Shown: positions 1 to 11,949 of the stretch, piece by piece
How the letters are laid out: every line of letters starts with the position of its first letter
Position numbering within the stretch: position 1 is the stretch's first letter
Assembly (NCBI GenBank): GCA_951406725.2
Contig: OX597817.1
Coordinates: 99,138,001 to 99,202,000, forward strand
DNA length: 64,000 bases
Direction: 5' to 3'
Source: Octopus vulgaris
Taxonomy: Eukaryota
The notes under the pieces: generated by a model
What the model saw: the letters and a program-made list of their open reading frames with translations, nothing else
Told to the model about the DNA's origin: nothing
Databases searched by the model: none
Translations under genes and position numbers: made by a program

Positions 1-550
1 TAAGAGATATTTCTGAGCTAGGCTTTGGATTGGGCTTGGCATATTTATTCTACCAACTAACCACTAGCCTGCTGCTCCAAATGACAATAGTGTTGCATTT
101 TAATATTTTAAACATGAGATTTAATCCTCCTTTTTTTTATGTCAGGTCCATGTTGATTGAACAGATCAGCAACACATCCAATATGGGCATATAGACCCAA
201 AAATGCTATAAACTCACCATAAATTTATCTCATAAAAATATATATGAACTAAATAATGATATACAAAAAACAATATGAAAAACTTGATAAATCTTAAAGA
301 TGGTGAGCTCCATATCTGATAGATAATTTCAAAGGAATAAATAGTGATTTCTTACAATAGCTGAAACTACAAATTTGTATGGTTAAATCAAACACAATGT
401 GTTTTTTATTTACTTGGAGGTACAGAAGAAAAAAAATAATCAACTTAAGCAAGATTTGAACCTATTATGTAGGGGGATGGAACAAAATAGAAAGCTTAAA
501 AAGTATTCTACTATCTTGGCTACTCTCCTACTTTGAAGGAGAATAATATT

Positions 551-765
551 GTTTTCAAATTTTGGTATAAGGCCAGCAATTTAAGGAGAGAGGATAAGTC
601 GATTACATTGACCTCAGTATTCAACTGGTACTTAATTTACCAACACCTAAAGGATGAAAGGCAAAATCAACTTTGGCAGAATATAAACTCAGAACATAAT
701 GACAGATGAACTGCCATTAAGCATTTTGCCCAGCATGCTAATAATTCTGCCAGCTCACCACCTTC
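551..765 (-). mobile_element. tRNA-derived SINE with Meta/MESC-like core (family B)
   Basis: Head GGTGGTGAGCTGGCAGAA, core GCCTTTCATCCTTT..AAGTACCAG; 18-bp TSD TTGAAGGAGAATAATATT at 533-550 and 766-783. Confidence 0.85.
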
Positions 766-1029
766 TTGAAGGAGAATAATATTAAAACATAATGACGTGT
801 CACATTTGTTTCCAGTAAGTAAAATATAATTAAGAAACAATTTCAATTGAATATGCAAACATCTTACATATCTATTTCATCAGGAGAATGTGTCCATTGA
901 TAGTAAAAATGAATAGGAAAAGTTAATAATCTAAACATATAAAATTCAGATATAATTTGAAAATATCATCATTTTCAAATAACTTTCACTCCAGTTTTAA
1001 AGACTCATGGGAATTATATGAAATCATTG

Positions 1030-1232
1030 ATAGCACAAAATTTTGTCAGTGAACAGGTCGCTGTCTCAAAGTGACGAAAATATTTTGGCAAATTAAATTT
1101 AAATGTTGAAGTGAATCTAACGGTTTTTGTGTGTTCTTTAAATGGCTTATAAACACCTTCTACGCTGCAATTATTTTCATTCCAGCACACGATTTCAGAT
1201 CAGGTCACTTGCTATGCAAGTACATCTCTGTA
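1030..1232. repeat. Dispersed repeat, probably the end of a DNA transposon; second copy at 16598-16740
   Basis: TTTTGTCAGTGAACAGGTCGC..AAATGGCTTATAAACACCTTC..CGCTGCAATT is shared by both sites. Confidence 0.65.
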
Positions 1233-1242
1233 ATAATAATAA

Positions 1243-1835
1243 TCCTTTCTACTAAAGGCACAAGGCCTGAAATTTGCAGGGAGGGGACTATTTGATTACA
1301 CTGACTCTAGTGTTTCAGTGGTACTCAATTTATTGACCCTGAAAGAATGAAAGGCAAAGTCAACCTTGGCAGAATTAGAACTCAAAACATAGTGACAGAT
1401 GAAATACTGCAAAGCATTTTGTCCAGTTTGCTAACGATTTTGCCAGCTCGCAGCCTTAAATAATAGTAATAATAATGATTTCAAATTTTGGTATAAAGCC
1501 AGCAAGTCCAAGGGATGGAGTAAGTTGATTACATCAACCTGTGGTTAACTGATAATTTTATTGAACCTGAAAAGATGAAAGGCAAAGTCGATTTTGGTGG
1601 AATTAATAATAGTAATAATAATAACAATAATAAAAATAACAACACAAACAATAACAATGGTTTCAAATTTTGGCACAAGGCCAGCAATTTTGGGGGAGAG
1701 AACAAGTTGATTGCTCAACTGACTCTGAAAGAATAAAAGGCAATGTCAACCCCAGTGGCATTTGAATTCAGAATGTAAGGTTGGAAGAAATGCAGCTAAG
1801 CATTCTTTTCTAGTGTGGTAATGATTCTGCCAGAT
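1243..1835 (-). mobile_element. Three further family-B SINE copies (about 1243-1457, 1478-1602 partial, 1658-1835)
   Basis: The same GAAAGGCAAAGTC / GCATTTT / CTGCCAG blocks recur, separated by (TAA)n tails. Confidence 0.8.
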
Positions 1836-2578
1836 CGTCATCATCGTCGTCGTCAATAAGAAGAAGAAGAATTTCTTAATTTTACATGGCACCTTCAAAC
1901 TAAAAGGAGGGTAATATAGAGGTGGTGTTATGGTAGGTCCTTTCCCAAAATTGTAGCACCAAAAAAGTGAAATTGCTTCAAGCAAGAATCAGCATCAGAC
2001 TGCAGTTACAATTGTTTTTTTTTTTATTACAAGAAATTGTATATATTTTACAGTAAGAAACTAGAAAGATGTAATATATTTTTATCAAGGATAACTTCAA
2101 TACTTCAATGAACATATTCTCATCAAGAAATTGCCAATATATTATAGTATCCAGTTCATACACAATAATCTTTCTAGCTTTCTTTCACTTGTTTCAGTCA
2201 TTAGACTGTGGTCATGCTGGGGCACTACCTTGATGAATTTTAGGCAATTAAAAATAATGGTTTCTACTGTGAATCAAGACCAAATTTCCAAGGCATATCA
2301 TCACATTATGGTATCTGTTATATTAGAAATCAGCTTGTTCTCTTTTTAAACTTAGTTTTAAAGCTCAAAATATAAAATCCATAAATATAAGAGTTTTATA
2401 AGTAATGTTTAAAGTAAAATGATTGCAATTTATCTGTCATATTCCTGATAATTAAACAATTTGATACAGGTTGGTTATCTAATTTTATGGTGAATTAGGA
2501 TATGAATCAGGAATACTATGGAAACATGATTTGATCAACTAGGCAGTATAGGTATATTAACAAGACACCTACTATTTT

Positions 2579-3565
2579 TTATTCTTTCTTTTTAATTGCT
2601 TTCTTATGGTTTAAAATACATATATAGAAAAGTATAATTAATGCAATTAGTAAAAGTTGCACAAGTACAATACTAATGCTATAGTGGAAATAGTTATAGA
2701 ACCATTGCTTTATAATGGTATTTTTTCGAGTAGCCATGTCAATCTGAATTCCTCTCATCTGATAAAATGTGCTAATTATTCCAAAAATATGAAAAAGCTG
2801 ATGACTATGTAAAACAATATCAAAATATCCAGGCTTAAAACGCTCTGGGAAATGTGAAACATACATTAATACTGCCATAAAACAGTACAAAAATTGTTTT
2901 GTGTGATAAAATTTGGAATAAAAACGTTCTTCAAGTGGAGTAAATAAAATAAAAATAGGTATATTGTCAAAAAAATAAGGCCATGAAAATACTCCAATCC
3001 GAAAAATTTGTTCATACTTTCTGCTAAATCGCGATTGGCAAGAGAAAAGAGTTGACAGCAAAGCACTAAAAAATGCAATAGGTAGGTACCATTTTCCAAA
3101 CCAAGTGTACTCAAGTACTTCAGGAAATGCATAAGCACGATAAGCAATCGAACTTCCAAAGCTATAAAGACTTACAGCACCATAATCTATAAAAAAACAG
3201 ATATGTCTAGCATTATTAGATAAAGAAAGAAACATATGAGCCATTGAACTAGCAAAAGGAAAGAGAATACATGTTACAAGGTAAGCAATCAGAGGAGAGT
3301 TATAACTACTTTGTAGAAAATCTTTGCTGTATGTTTGACAAATTGTGTACAGAAAATATAAAGCTGGCAAGAAATGAGTCCAAAAATTAAAAGTTTCATT
3401 AGTTGCAGTGAATACACTGCAAACACACTGAAATAAAGTACACTCTGGGTAACGATATCCAGTGAGAATAAAATTTTCACGAAATTCTGTAGGAATTTGT
3501 TCAACAGAACACAAGGGTCCAAGAATCCTTTGAAAGACCATCATTTCTAAGCTTCTATGTCTGAT
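2579..3565 (-). CDS. PAQR5: PAQR-family 7TM protein (membrane progestin receptor gamma-like), main coding exon
   Basis: 321-aa ORF 2579..3544 with PAQR/HlyIII motifs: GYR, ETFNFWTH (ExxNxxTH), SSMAH (SxxxH), DY, FPER..PG.FD, HSHQLFH (HxxxH) and hydrophobic helices. The frame stays open to a splice acceptor ttttattctaacttcag at 3566-3567. The paralog assignment (PAQR5 vs 6/7/8) is tentative. Confidence 0.9.
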   Translation of the reverse strand: MRHRSLEMMVFQRILGPLCSVEQIPTEFRENFILTGYRYPECTLFQCVCSVFTATNETFNFWTHFLPALYFLYTICQTYSKDFLQSSYNSPLIAYLVTCILFPFASSMAHMFLSLSNNARHICFFIDYGAVSLYSFGSSIAYRAYAFPEVLEYTWFGKWYLPIAFFSALLSTLFSCQSRFSRKYEQIFRIGVFSWPYFFDNIPIFILFTPLEERFYSKFYHTKQFLYCFMAVLMYVSHFPERFKPGYFDIVLHSHQLFHIFGIISTFYQMRGIQIDMATRKNTIIKQWFYNYFHYSISIVLVQLLLIALIILFYICILNHKKAIKKKE

Positions 3566-4342
3566 CTGAAGTTAGAATAAAAAATAAGAAATTTAATCAC
3601 TAGTGAGGGACCTTATTTTAAAATTAATTTTCTGTTAAAAAAAAAAAGGCAAATTATCAATTGGCAAAAAAGCAAAACCGAAATTTATTTTAATTTGGTG
3701 AAAAAAGTAAGGTTAAATCTCTGAAGAAAATAAAGAAAATGAAAAAAGACTACCAAAATAGTCATTTCAATATCTATCAAGTCATTTCAGTTTATAACAT
3801 TTACTATAAGCGGGAAAGCATTTAATACTCAAATAAATATTATAGGCTTGTTTGTGAAGCACCTATGTTCTGAAGAGGGGGTTAAAAAACAGATTATTCT
3901 GTTTTATGTAATCTACTTGGATTTAGTTTTTTTTTTGTTATCAGTCATAACATCCAATTTCAAATTAGCAGTTTTGTTAATATTAAATAGGCTAAGGCAA
4001 TTCTAATTGTTGTTAAACACAATGCTACTATGCTTAATTATATTCCTCTTATTAGTTACAGGCTGTTCTTTTGAATCACAATGATTCAGATATTTGCTAC
4101 AGGGAAAGGTACTAAGGGTATTTTGATGCTTAATATCCTTAACCTGAGAGATTCTATTAGTATCATTAGACACTACAGTTCCCACATAGTTTATGGCAGT
4201 ATATATTCAATTCAGATACATATGACATTGAAGTCTCTATCATTATTGTCAAATTGATTTACTTCATTATCATAATCATGATCTATGGTATTAACATGTT
4301 TGTATGTAGTGGGATACATCAAGTGGAAAATATTTATACTAT

Positions 4343-4494
4343 AGGTGCAGGAGTGGCTGTGTGGTAAGTAGCTTGCTTATGAACTACATGGTTCCGGGGT
4401 TCAGTCCCACTGTGTGCCATCTTGGGCAAATGCCTCGGGCCGACCAAAGCCTTGTGAGTGGATTTGGTAGACGGAAACTGAAAGAAGCCTGTCG

Positions 4495-4545
<51 letters not shown>

Positions 4546-4760
4546 TTGTGTGTCTGTGTTTGTCCCCCTAGCATTGCTTGATAACCGATGCTGGTGTGTT
4601 TACGTCCCCGTCACTTAGCGGTTCGGCAAAAAGAGACCAATAGAATAAGTACTGGGCTTACAAAGAATAAGTCCCGGGGTCGATTTGCTCGACTAAAGGC
4701 GGTGCTCCAGCATGGCCGCAGTCAAATGACTGAAACAAGTAAAAGTAAAGTAAGTAAAGT
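4343..4760 (+). mobile_element. tRNA-derived SINE (family A) with internal (TA)n(TG)n and a CR1-type 3' tail
   Basis: A-box-like TGGCTGTGTGG, B-box GGTTCAGTCCC; tail GGCGGTGCTCCAGCATGGCCGCAGTCAAATGACTGAAAC. Homologous copies at 15156, 18690 and 36478. Confidence 0.9.
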
Positions 4761-4899
4761 ATTGAGAATATACTTGATTTTATCCATATTCATTGCTTTA
4801 TTGTAATACGTAGCACTCTAAGAAAAAAATATCCTTATTGGCAGAGAGTTTAGAAATTTTAGGTGAAATACCCCTAACTATAAATTTGATTACCATTTG

Positions 4900-6719
4900 A
4901 GTATGATTTGAATAGTTATTAATATTGTAAACCCATCAAATTCCTCACAATCATCAACATCTGTTTCTAAAAGTTTCTCATATATATTACAAGATTCATC
5001 ACATATGCCATCATCGTAAGGATTCCAGTCTGGTTCTGGTGAATCGATTTTGACTTCATTGTCACTATTGTACAGAATATCATCTTCGGTATCATCTATG
5101 GCATTAAAGATACCGTATTTTTAAAAGTGCTTTTACCACATTTTCTACTTTAACTTTGTCACATGCCTTTATAACAAAATCACAGAAAACATCAACCGAG
5201 ACAGCACGCATAACTCCACCATTTGTAAAAGATTTTTCTCCATTCATCATTCAGTCATTCCATTGCTCTCTCACATTATCTTTAAATGGTTTGTTTAAAC
5301 TGACATCAAGTGGCTGCTGTATAGAAGTCAAACTACCAGGAATAACAGCATATCAGTATTGGTTTTGGATAACTAGGTTTTAGTATTTGCCATTACATAG
5401 CTACAAAACATATCCCAAACCAATAAACTGTATACGTTTCATATGCCACTGCCACCTGTTCCAAATATTCTCAATCCATAATTTCACACCTCTCTCGTCC
5501 ATCCATCCTTTCTCATGACAATGAACAAAAACGCCAGGAGGAAAATCTATTTTGGGGTCTGTTTTACATTTAAAAATAACCGTGGGTTTTAATTTTGTAC
5601 TGTTGGCCATGCAGGATAATACAACCATAAATCTTGTTTTCTCATATCCTGTGCTTTTAACATGTACTGTTTTTACTCCCTTCAAATCTACCATTTTGTT
5701 ACCCTGCATATCAAAGTTTCATGGAGTTTCATCCATATTTCCAATATGAAACAATGGAAACTGATGCCTTTTTCTCAGCTTGAAGATGAACTGGTGAAAA
5801 ATGGTTACTTTGTGATCAAGATCTCTTGGAAGTTTTTGGGTGATTTTTGTTTTCTCCCTTATTACCAGATATTTTCTGTTCATAAAACAATTGCACCAGC
5901 CTACTGTTGCTTTAAAATATTTACTTTCTTCTTTATATGATTTAGCCCATTTTAGGGCATAAGATCTTATTCTATTTTATGTTACAATGTAGCCATCTTG
6001 TCTCTGTTGGAGTACCCATTCTGCTACCTCATTTTCCAACTTCGGTCAAAGAGTGCTTCCTCTTCTCATTGCACATTTTTTGTTTTTGCATGTCTTAATT
6101 TTTCCTCATTCTTTCTCAACTCTTATACCATCTTCTCAGTAACATTGAATGTTCTAGCATCAGCGCAATTGTTCGAACTCTTGGCTGCTGCTATGACTTT
6201 CAATTTTCTTCTTTTTGCTGGTGGTTGCATATTGGTATGGGTATAAAATAATTATAAATTTCACTTGACTAGACAGTTTGCAATTTTATATGAAGTATCG
6301 GTAAATGGTTACTAATACACCAAGCTGACTGTCACTGTTTAGAACATTTCAGTCATATGAACCACTATCATCGTATTGTTGTTAGCAGATGTTATGATAG
6401 CGATAAAGTTTTGATAAAGAAGAAGCAGGCTCCCTCTTAGACAACATGTGTATGAAAAGACATGATATAGAAACAGATTTGTTATTTCGTTCATTTTAAT
6501 TTCTAAGGATGTAGTAAGTATAAAGAAAAAAAAACATTTGCTATAACATCATCTTTACATGACCAATATTTCTAAAGATATTTGTTGTTGTAAAAGCTAC
6601 CCAGCGGTTTTGTAATTTATCAGTCATCGTATACTACAGACATGAGATAAATTCATGAAATCTTTTACAAACTTTGACCTTGTCTTATCTAAAGGTTGTC
6701 TTACATGTGGAAATATACG

Positions 6720-6722
<3 letters not shown>
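4900..6722 (-). mobile_element. Degenerate pogo/Tigger (POGK-like DDE_1) transposon
   Basis: IGNMDETP near 5725-5745, STGYEKTRF..GWMD (ORF 5401..5709), QPLDVSLNKPFK near 5280-5320; pogo-like terminus CCGTATATTTCCACATGTAAG at 6720. The other end is unclear. Confidence 0.8.
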
Positions 6723-6755
<33 letters not shown>

Positions 6756-7626
6756 GTTATTGAGTTCTGACTGACTTTTATTCTGGAACATCAGTTTAGT
6801 TTTGGAATTTCAGAGAAACATAACTCCAAGACAAGGTTTTGTTTACATTCTTTCAGTTGCATAAGGAATAAGACAGTGATTTATCTAGCACTCTGCAACT
6901 CTTATGACTCTGTGAAAGACATAATGAATATCACAAAGACAAACAATGACAGTCCAGGAGATGCCAATTTCCTCACTGCAGTTACTCCCAGGTGTCTTTT
7001 GCTTGGCCTGACAAGTTGATGTTTTGCATAAAAGGAGAAGAGCTGGAGCCCATTTGAATACATGTAGTCTACATTATGCTTCCAAATTAAATGGTTATAG
7101 ACTGTTGGATGTAACTTGTTGATATAATAAGAGAATTCATAAAATTTCAAATTGGAAGAGTGAATCTTGAAGCATAGAAAATGTTATGAAATAACAGCAT
7201 GTAAATATTAGGTTGCAAAACCCTTTTTGAATAGTAAAAGTCAAAGACTGCCCAAAGGACTTAAACCTGTATTTCCTGTAGACATGACAAGCATTCTACC
7301 ATTGGAGAAAAAAAAGCTTTTGAATTTGTTTATCCATTTTAGAAACTTTATTCTTTCCAATGAGAAATGTATGTTGTTGATTCATAAGAACTTACAAACT
7401 TTTAAGTTAACATGAAAGAACTATTTTCTGAAACAGTGGGTCTTGAAGCACACAAAGCACATAAATATTTAAACATTTGAATAAAGCAATGCATTATTAG
7501 GAATTTTCTGCTCAATCATTACAGGAATGAGCCAATGTTACTTAAAAGATTTTCAACAGTATGTTGTAAGTTAATAGTTTAGTTTCTGAAATAAGTAAAT
7601 TTACAAATGTTAATAAAAATACTTAC

Positions 7627-7692
7627 AAGTTTTTTAAGGGTAAGTTTAATATGATCTGTTATTCTTGCAGCAATGACAATCCTTGCAGCCAT
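7627..7692 (-). CDS. PAQR5: Predicted upstream coding exon of the PAQR gene (MAARIVIAARITDHIKLTLKKL); exon 7627-7748
   Basis: Acceptor ctttgttttatttttttag at 7749-7750, ATG at 7692, 22 codons, then GTAAGT donor at 7626-7621. Phase 0 matches the phase-0 acceptor at 3565 and gives a 350-aa protein. Confidence 0.7.
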
Positions 7693-7802
7693 ATTTAGTA
7701 CTTGCTTCCAAAAAATTAGTTTGGGCTATATATAAACTCTTAAAAACTCTAAAAAAATAAAACAAAGAATTTGTAAATAGTTTTGAATCAAAATATATAC
7801 AT

Positions 7803-8886
7803 TTAACTCTTTCGTTACCAAACCACCCGAAAAAAATTTTGGTTAATGTGACCAAACCGCCCAAACCCACCTGTATTTACCTATTCATATTTAAATGAGA
7901 ATATCAGAGCAAATCTCTTTAGTACATTCGTGAAAACACGTATTATACTTCGTAAACAGTTCAACTACAGTTTTGTACAACAATCGAAGTGTAATTTTAA
8001 TTACGTGAATTTTGAGAGATTTTTTTCCGAAATTTGTTCCTATTGTGTTTTTAAAATTTGTAATTCTGACAAAAAATGGATACGAATTTCATTATATCAA
8101 GCAGCGAGTCAGAATTCGAAGGATTTTCTACTGAAGACCTTCATAAATCTAACTCTATGACTGAAAAAAAAAAGCACGTGGCATTTGATAATGAATCTGA
8201 TGTTTCATTTTCCGAAAGTGAAAACAGTGAATCCGAGAGCTCCGACAGCGATAAAGAAAATGAATTGGCACCTGAATGGAGTGAAAATTTAAAAACTGTT
8301 TCTTTCGGTGATTTTTCTGAAGAAACTGGACCAAGCCACAGACTTTCCCAGGAGAGTAAAGCCTTAGACTATCTCTTTTTACTTTTTCGAATGAGCCTAT
8401 TTGAAATCATTACGGCGGAAAGGAACTGTTACGCTAAATGTAAACAAAGCGAAAGAAAGGATAGTTAGTGGTTTCCCACAACCTTAAATGAAATTAAGAC
8501 TATTTTGCCATAAATATTATTATGGGTATCAGAAAGTTACCCAGAATAACAAATTCTATCGTAAAATTTTGTTGTATACCCAATTGAATATTAGCTAATA
8601 ACCCATTTTCTATATCGATGTTTAAACAAAATTTTAATAATTTTATATTTTGTTGAATTTACCTGTATCTACCTGCAATTAGAGTCACTTTGTGACAAAA
8701 ATTATAGTATAGAATTGGTTGAGAACATTTCATTAAATTATCTTCCAAAAATCACATTAATATATTGATAAATAAAAAAGTTATAGTTGTTTAATGAAAC
8801 CAGACTAAATTTATGATTATGTTAGAAATTAATTGAAACACATAAGGGGTGTATTTTGGTCAGAAATATAGTAATTGCAGGTGTAA
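7803..8886 (+). mobile_element. Internally deleted piggyBac element
   Basis: TTAA-CTCTTTCGTTACC left end; ORF 8076..8468 has an acidic N-terminus and GP..LDYLFLLF..EII..N.YA, continuing W.PTTLNEIK..MGI..LP (PGBD-like). The right end is degenerate. Confidence 0.8.
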
Positions 8887-9519
8887 TCTATCACATTTTC
8901 TGCACAGTACATTATAAATAAAATGGTAAACCATTAAAACAAAAATTACATGGAAATAATGAATTTTACTTTAAATAAATTTAGAGTATAAGTATCACAG
9001 AGACATGTATTCTGCTACAACGCTGTACTTCATTTGAAATTGCTAGTAGAAAGCTTTCTAAGATCAACTAAATAAAAACAAAATCAGCTCTTATTTTTTT
9101 TAATTCTGAATCACTATTAGTTACTATAGTTTCATTTGAACTACATCCAGCAATAATAAAAGAAAACATATAGTTATCAGAAAATATCCATTAATTTTAG
9201 CAAGCAATTCATAGATTTCAATTCATCTCCTATTGTGCAACTGACGCATCAGATTCTTCTTAATTTACCAAAGATATATGTCTCTGCAAAGAGAAACATA
9301 TATTAATTTAAACTAATAATCATTGTTCTTTTCAATAAATATTTCAAATTATCAACTCATTTCAGTGGTTTATCAAGTGAATAGCATCAGCTGTCACAGA
9401 ACACTGAAATCCTTTAAATATTGCTCTTTTTATGCACCTATTGCTTGTGTTGAGCATACAATATTGAGTCTTTATTAAATTTTTGTCCTAAACTTTTTAT
9501 TATTGATTTTATTTGCAGA

Positions 9520-10030
9520 AAGGGCCAGTAATCATGCCCTTTGCAAAAAACAGAAGCTATTGCAGTAGTGTTTTGTGATGTGAAAATCAGAGGCAGAGAG
9601 TTTCTTTTAAGAGATGATGGTTAGATAGTGTTCTACAAAAATATCGAGTTGTTGAAAGTGTATATGGAATGATAATGGCACAATCTCACACTGAAAAAAA
9701 AAAGGCAAGGAAGTGCTATGTGAGGCTGCTGAACGTAGAGAATGCATAGGATAGAGAGCATCTACTTAAAGGAAATCCAACAGACACAAGCCATCCAAGT
9801 GGACAGCAGTATGGTAGATAGAGTAATTAAGGATGTGGAAGTAGGGAAAGCAGCTGATCCATCAAGAATAATTAAGATTCTTGAAATATCTAGCAAAATA
9901 GGGTACTGGCTAGTTACTCAAATTGTAAATCAGGTAATACAGAAAGGTATTATGCCCAGTGACTGGTATTGCAGTACCATTGTAAACTGCTCCAAGGCCA
10001 AAGAAGATGCATTAGAGACAGAGGCATCAC
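9520..10030 (+). mobile_element. RTE-clade LINE fragment
   Basis: ORF 9742..10035 (GKAADPS..IVNQVIQ.G..PSDW..STIVNC) is homologous to the RTE copy at 57480-59935. Confidence 0.75.
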
Positions 10031-10261
10031 ATTGATGGACAAGATATAAAAATAAGTATTGCTGTAAAGCTCTGTAGAAGGGGCAACAAGCACAGTTTGA
10101 CCATTTTGCTCGATCATTTTTATGACAAAATACATTTTCCTGTGGATAATTATATACCATTTGAAAGTTCTGAAAGTGATCAAAATCCAACACTCACATA
10201 TCATCCCAAGTCCTCTAAATCACCCTCATATTTCCATTCATTTATGTTTGTCACATTTTTG

Positions 10262-10470
10262 TTTTTGACTGCTACTCATCTGCATTTCCTGCCATGAGGT
10301 AGGCTCATCTGGAATCCTTGACAGGAGGAGATCCAGTTTTGTTTTACCTACATCCACACCATGCAGGTGTCCCAGGCTTATTGGAATGATATTGAAGAGT
10401 TGTGGCCCTGTGAAACCCAAGCTGTTGCAATACTTAGTCCTGTATCCTGATGGCGATGTTGGGATCTTTA
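10262..10470 (-). mobile_element. CR1-clade LINE 3' fragment
   Basis: YCNSLGFTGPQLFN..LDLLLSRIPDEP matches the CR1 ORF 26607..27170. Confidence 0.8.
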
Positions 10471-11299
10471 GTACTGTAGTGGTAGCTAGATATTTGAATG
10501 ATCTCTCTTGCAAGAAAGAATATAAAGTAACTTCCCTTTACTAAGTTTCTCAAAGCATCTGTGTCATGAGACGTGATTCTTAATTATTCAAAAAGCTTAG
10601 CGCTTTTCTTGGAAGTTTCTAGAATGTCTAGCCTTCCATTAATAAAAACAGCTTGCTAACCCTGCTCCTCGATTCTTAGTTTATTAGAATTAAAGCCATT
10701 CATGTCATTGTTATGTCCGTCTATTTTTCTACACCACATGACTGAAAGTTACCACTTAACAGTTATTTCTATATTTCCTATTTCTGAACTTTTTTGCATA
10801 GATTACTTCATTCAACTAGATGCTACATTTTGATTATGTATCATCATCGTCAGTAAATAATATAAATTTTTATGTAGTAAATATATAGTTCTTGAATTTA
10901 TTCTTCATCTCTATATGAGCTCTTGTGATAATATACATGCAGCCACATCAACACCTGGTACTGACTATATATAATCACCACATAAATTGGTGACCAGCCA
11001 ACGTGGATTCCAAATTCTGCCCTGGAGAATAATCACTACAATACTATGCAATGGTGCCCTGTTCTACTGTTTATGTAACTTTCAATGCCAAAGTTTGGTA
11101 CAAATCCTCCCAGGATTTTCCAGATGTATATCACTGTATATCTTTCCTGGCTTTAGTAGAGTCTTAACTTTTGTAGCCTTTCCCAATAGCTTCCATGTTG
11201 CATTGAGACAATTTTGTTTGTGTAGGTCCACTGGATTGCTTTCAAATTCTACCATTAATTTTACACTATGTGGTGACCACAGTTGGGAGCAGTAATCTA

Positions 11300-11770
11300 A
11301 TCAGTTGAGGATAATTGTCTTCCAGAGGACCATCATGGCTTTCTGATTAGGTTGCAATCCCTCCTGCGCCAGTGTATCCATATATGCATTTCATTCAGCT
11401 TTATGTGTTGCTAGAACAGGGCTTGGAATTTTCCAGCACTTAACTGCATGCTATTTTCCTCAGCCTACCTGCATGCAACCCCTGTTGCAGATGTGCAACA
11501 TCTCCATGGTTCTGTATCCTCTGGGAGACTTTTGTATCATCTGCATAGCTAGCAAGAGTGGCTATCTGGGCAGCTGAGGGCATGTCTGAGAGGGCCACTA
11601 TGAATAGCAGTGGCCCTAAGACAGTGCCCTGAGAAACACCACTCACCGTTTGTGTCTCCTTAGAGGAGGCTCCATTGGCTACCACTGCCTGACTTCTATC
11701 TTTTAGAAAATCATGTAGCCATTCTCCAAGTTTTCTGACTATGCTAAGATTACACAGTTTGTGCCATATG
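11300..11770 (-). mobile_element. CR1-clade LINE RT fragment
   Basis: SGVSQGTVLGPLLF..YADDTK RT motifs (ORF 11440..11685). Confidence 0.85.
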
Positions 11771-11774
11771 GTTG

Positions 11775-11945
11775 ATTTTATTAAAGACTTTTACATCACG
11801 TCCAAAAAATACAGAGAAAGGGGCAGCAAATGTGAGCTTTGCATTACTGAAAAGCTAAACATCTTCCAATCAAAATATAATATTTTAAGTATTAGGAATG
11901 AAACCTTCTTTCCTTGTATGCATAAGCAATATTTTACACTCTGAT
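11775..11945 (+). mobile_element. Penelope-like GIY-YIG C-terminal fragment
   Basis: KCELCITEK..IL..RNE..PCMHK resembles the C-terminus of ORF 29369..30136. Confidence 0.6.
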
Positions 11946-11949
11946 ATTT

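Noticed and set aside
4343-4415. tRNA gene
   Set aside because: The A/B boxes belong to a SINE head; there is no complete cloverleaf.
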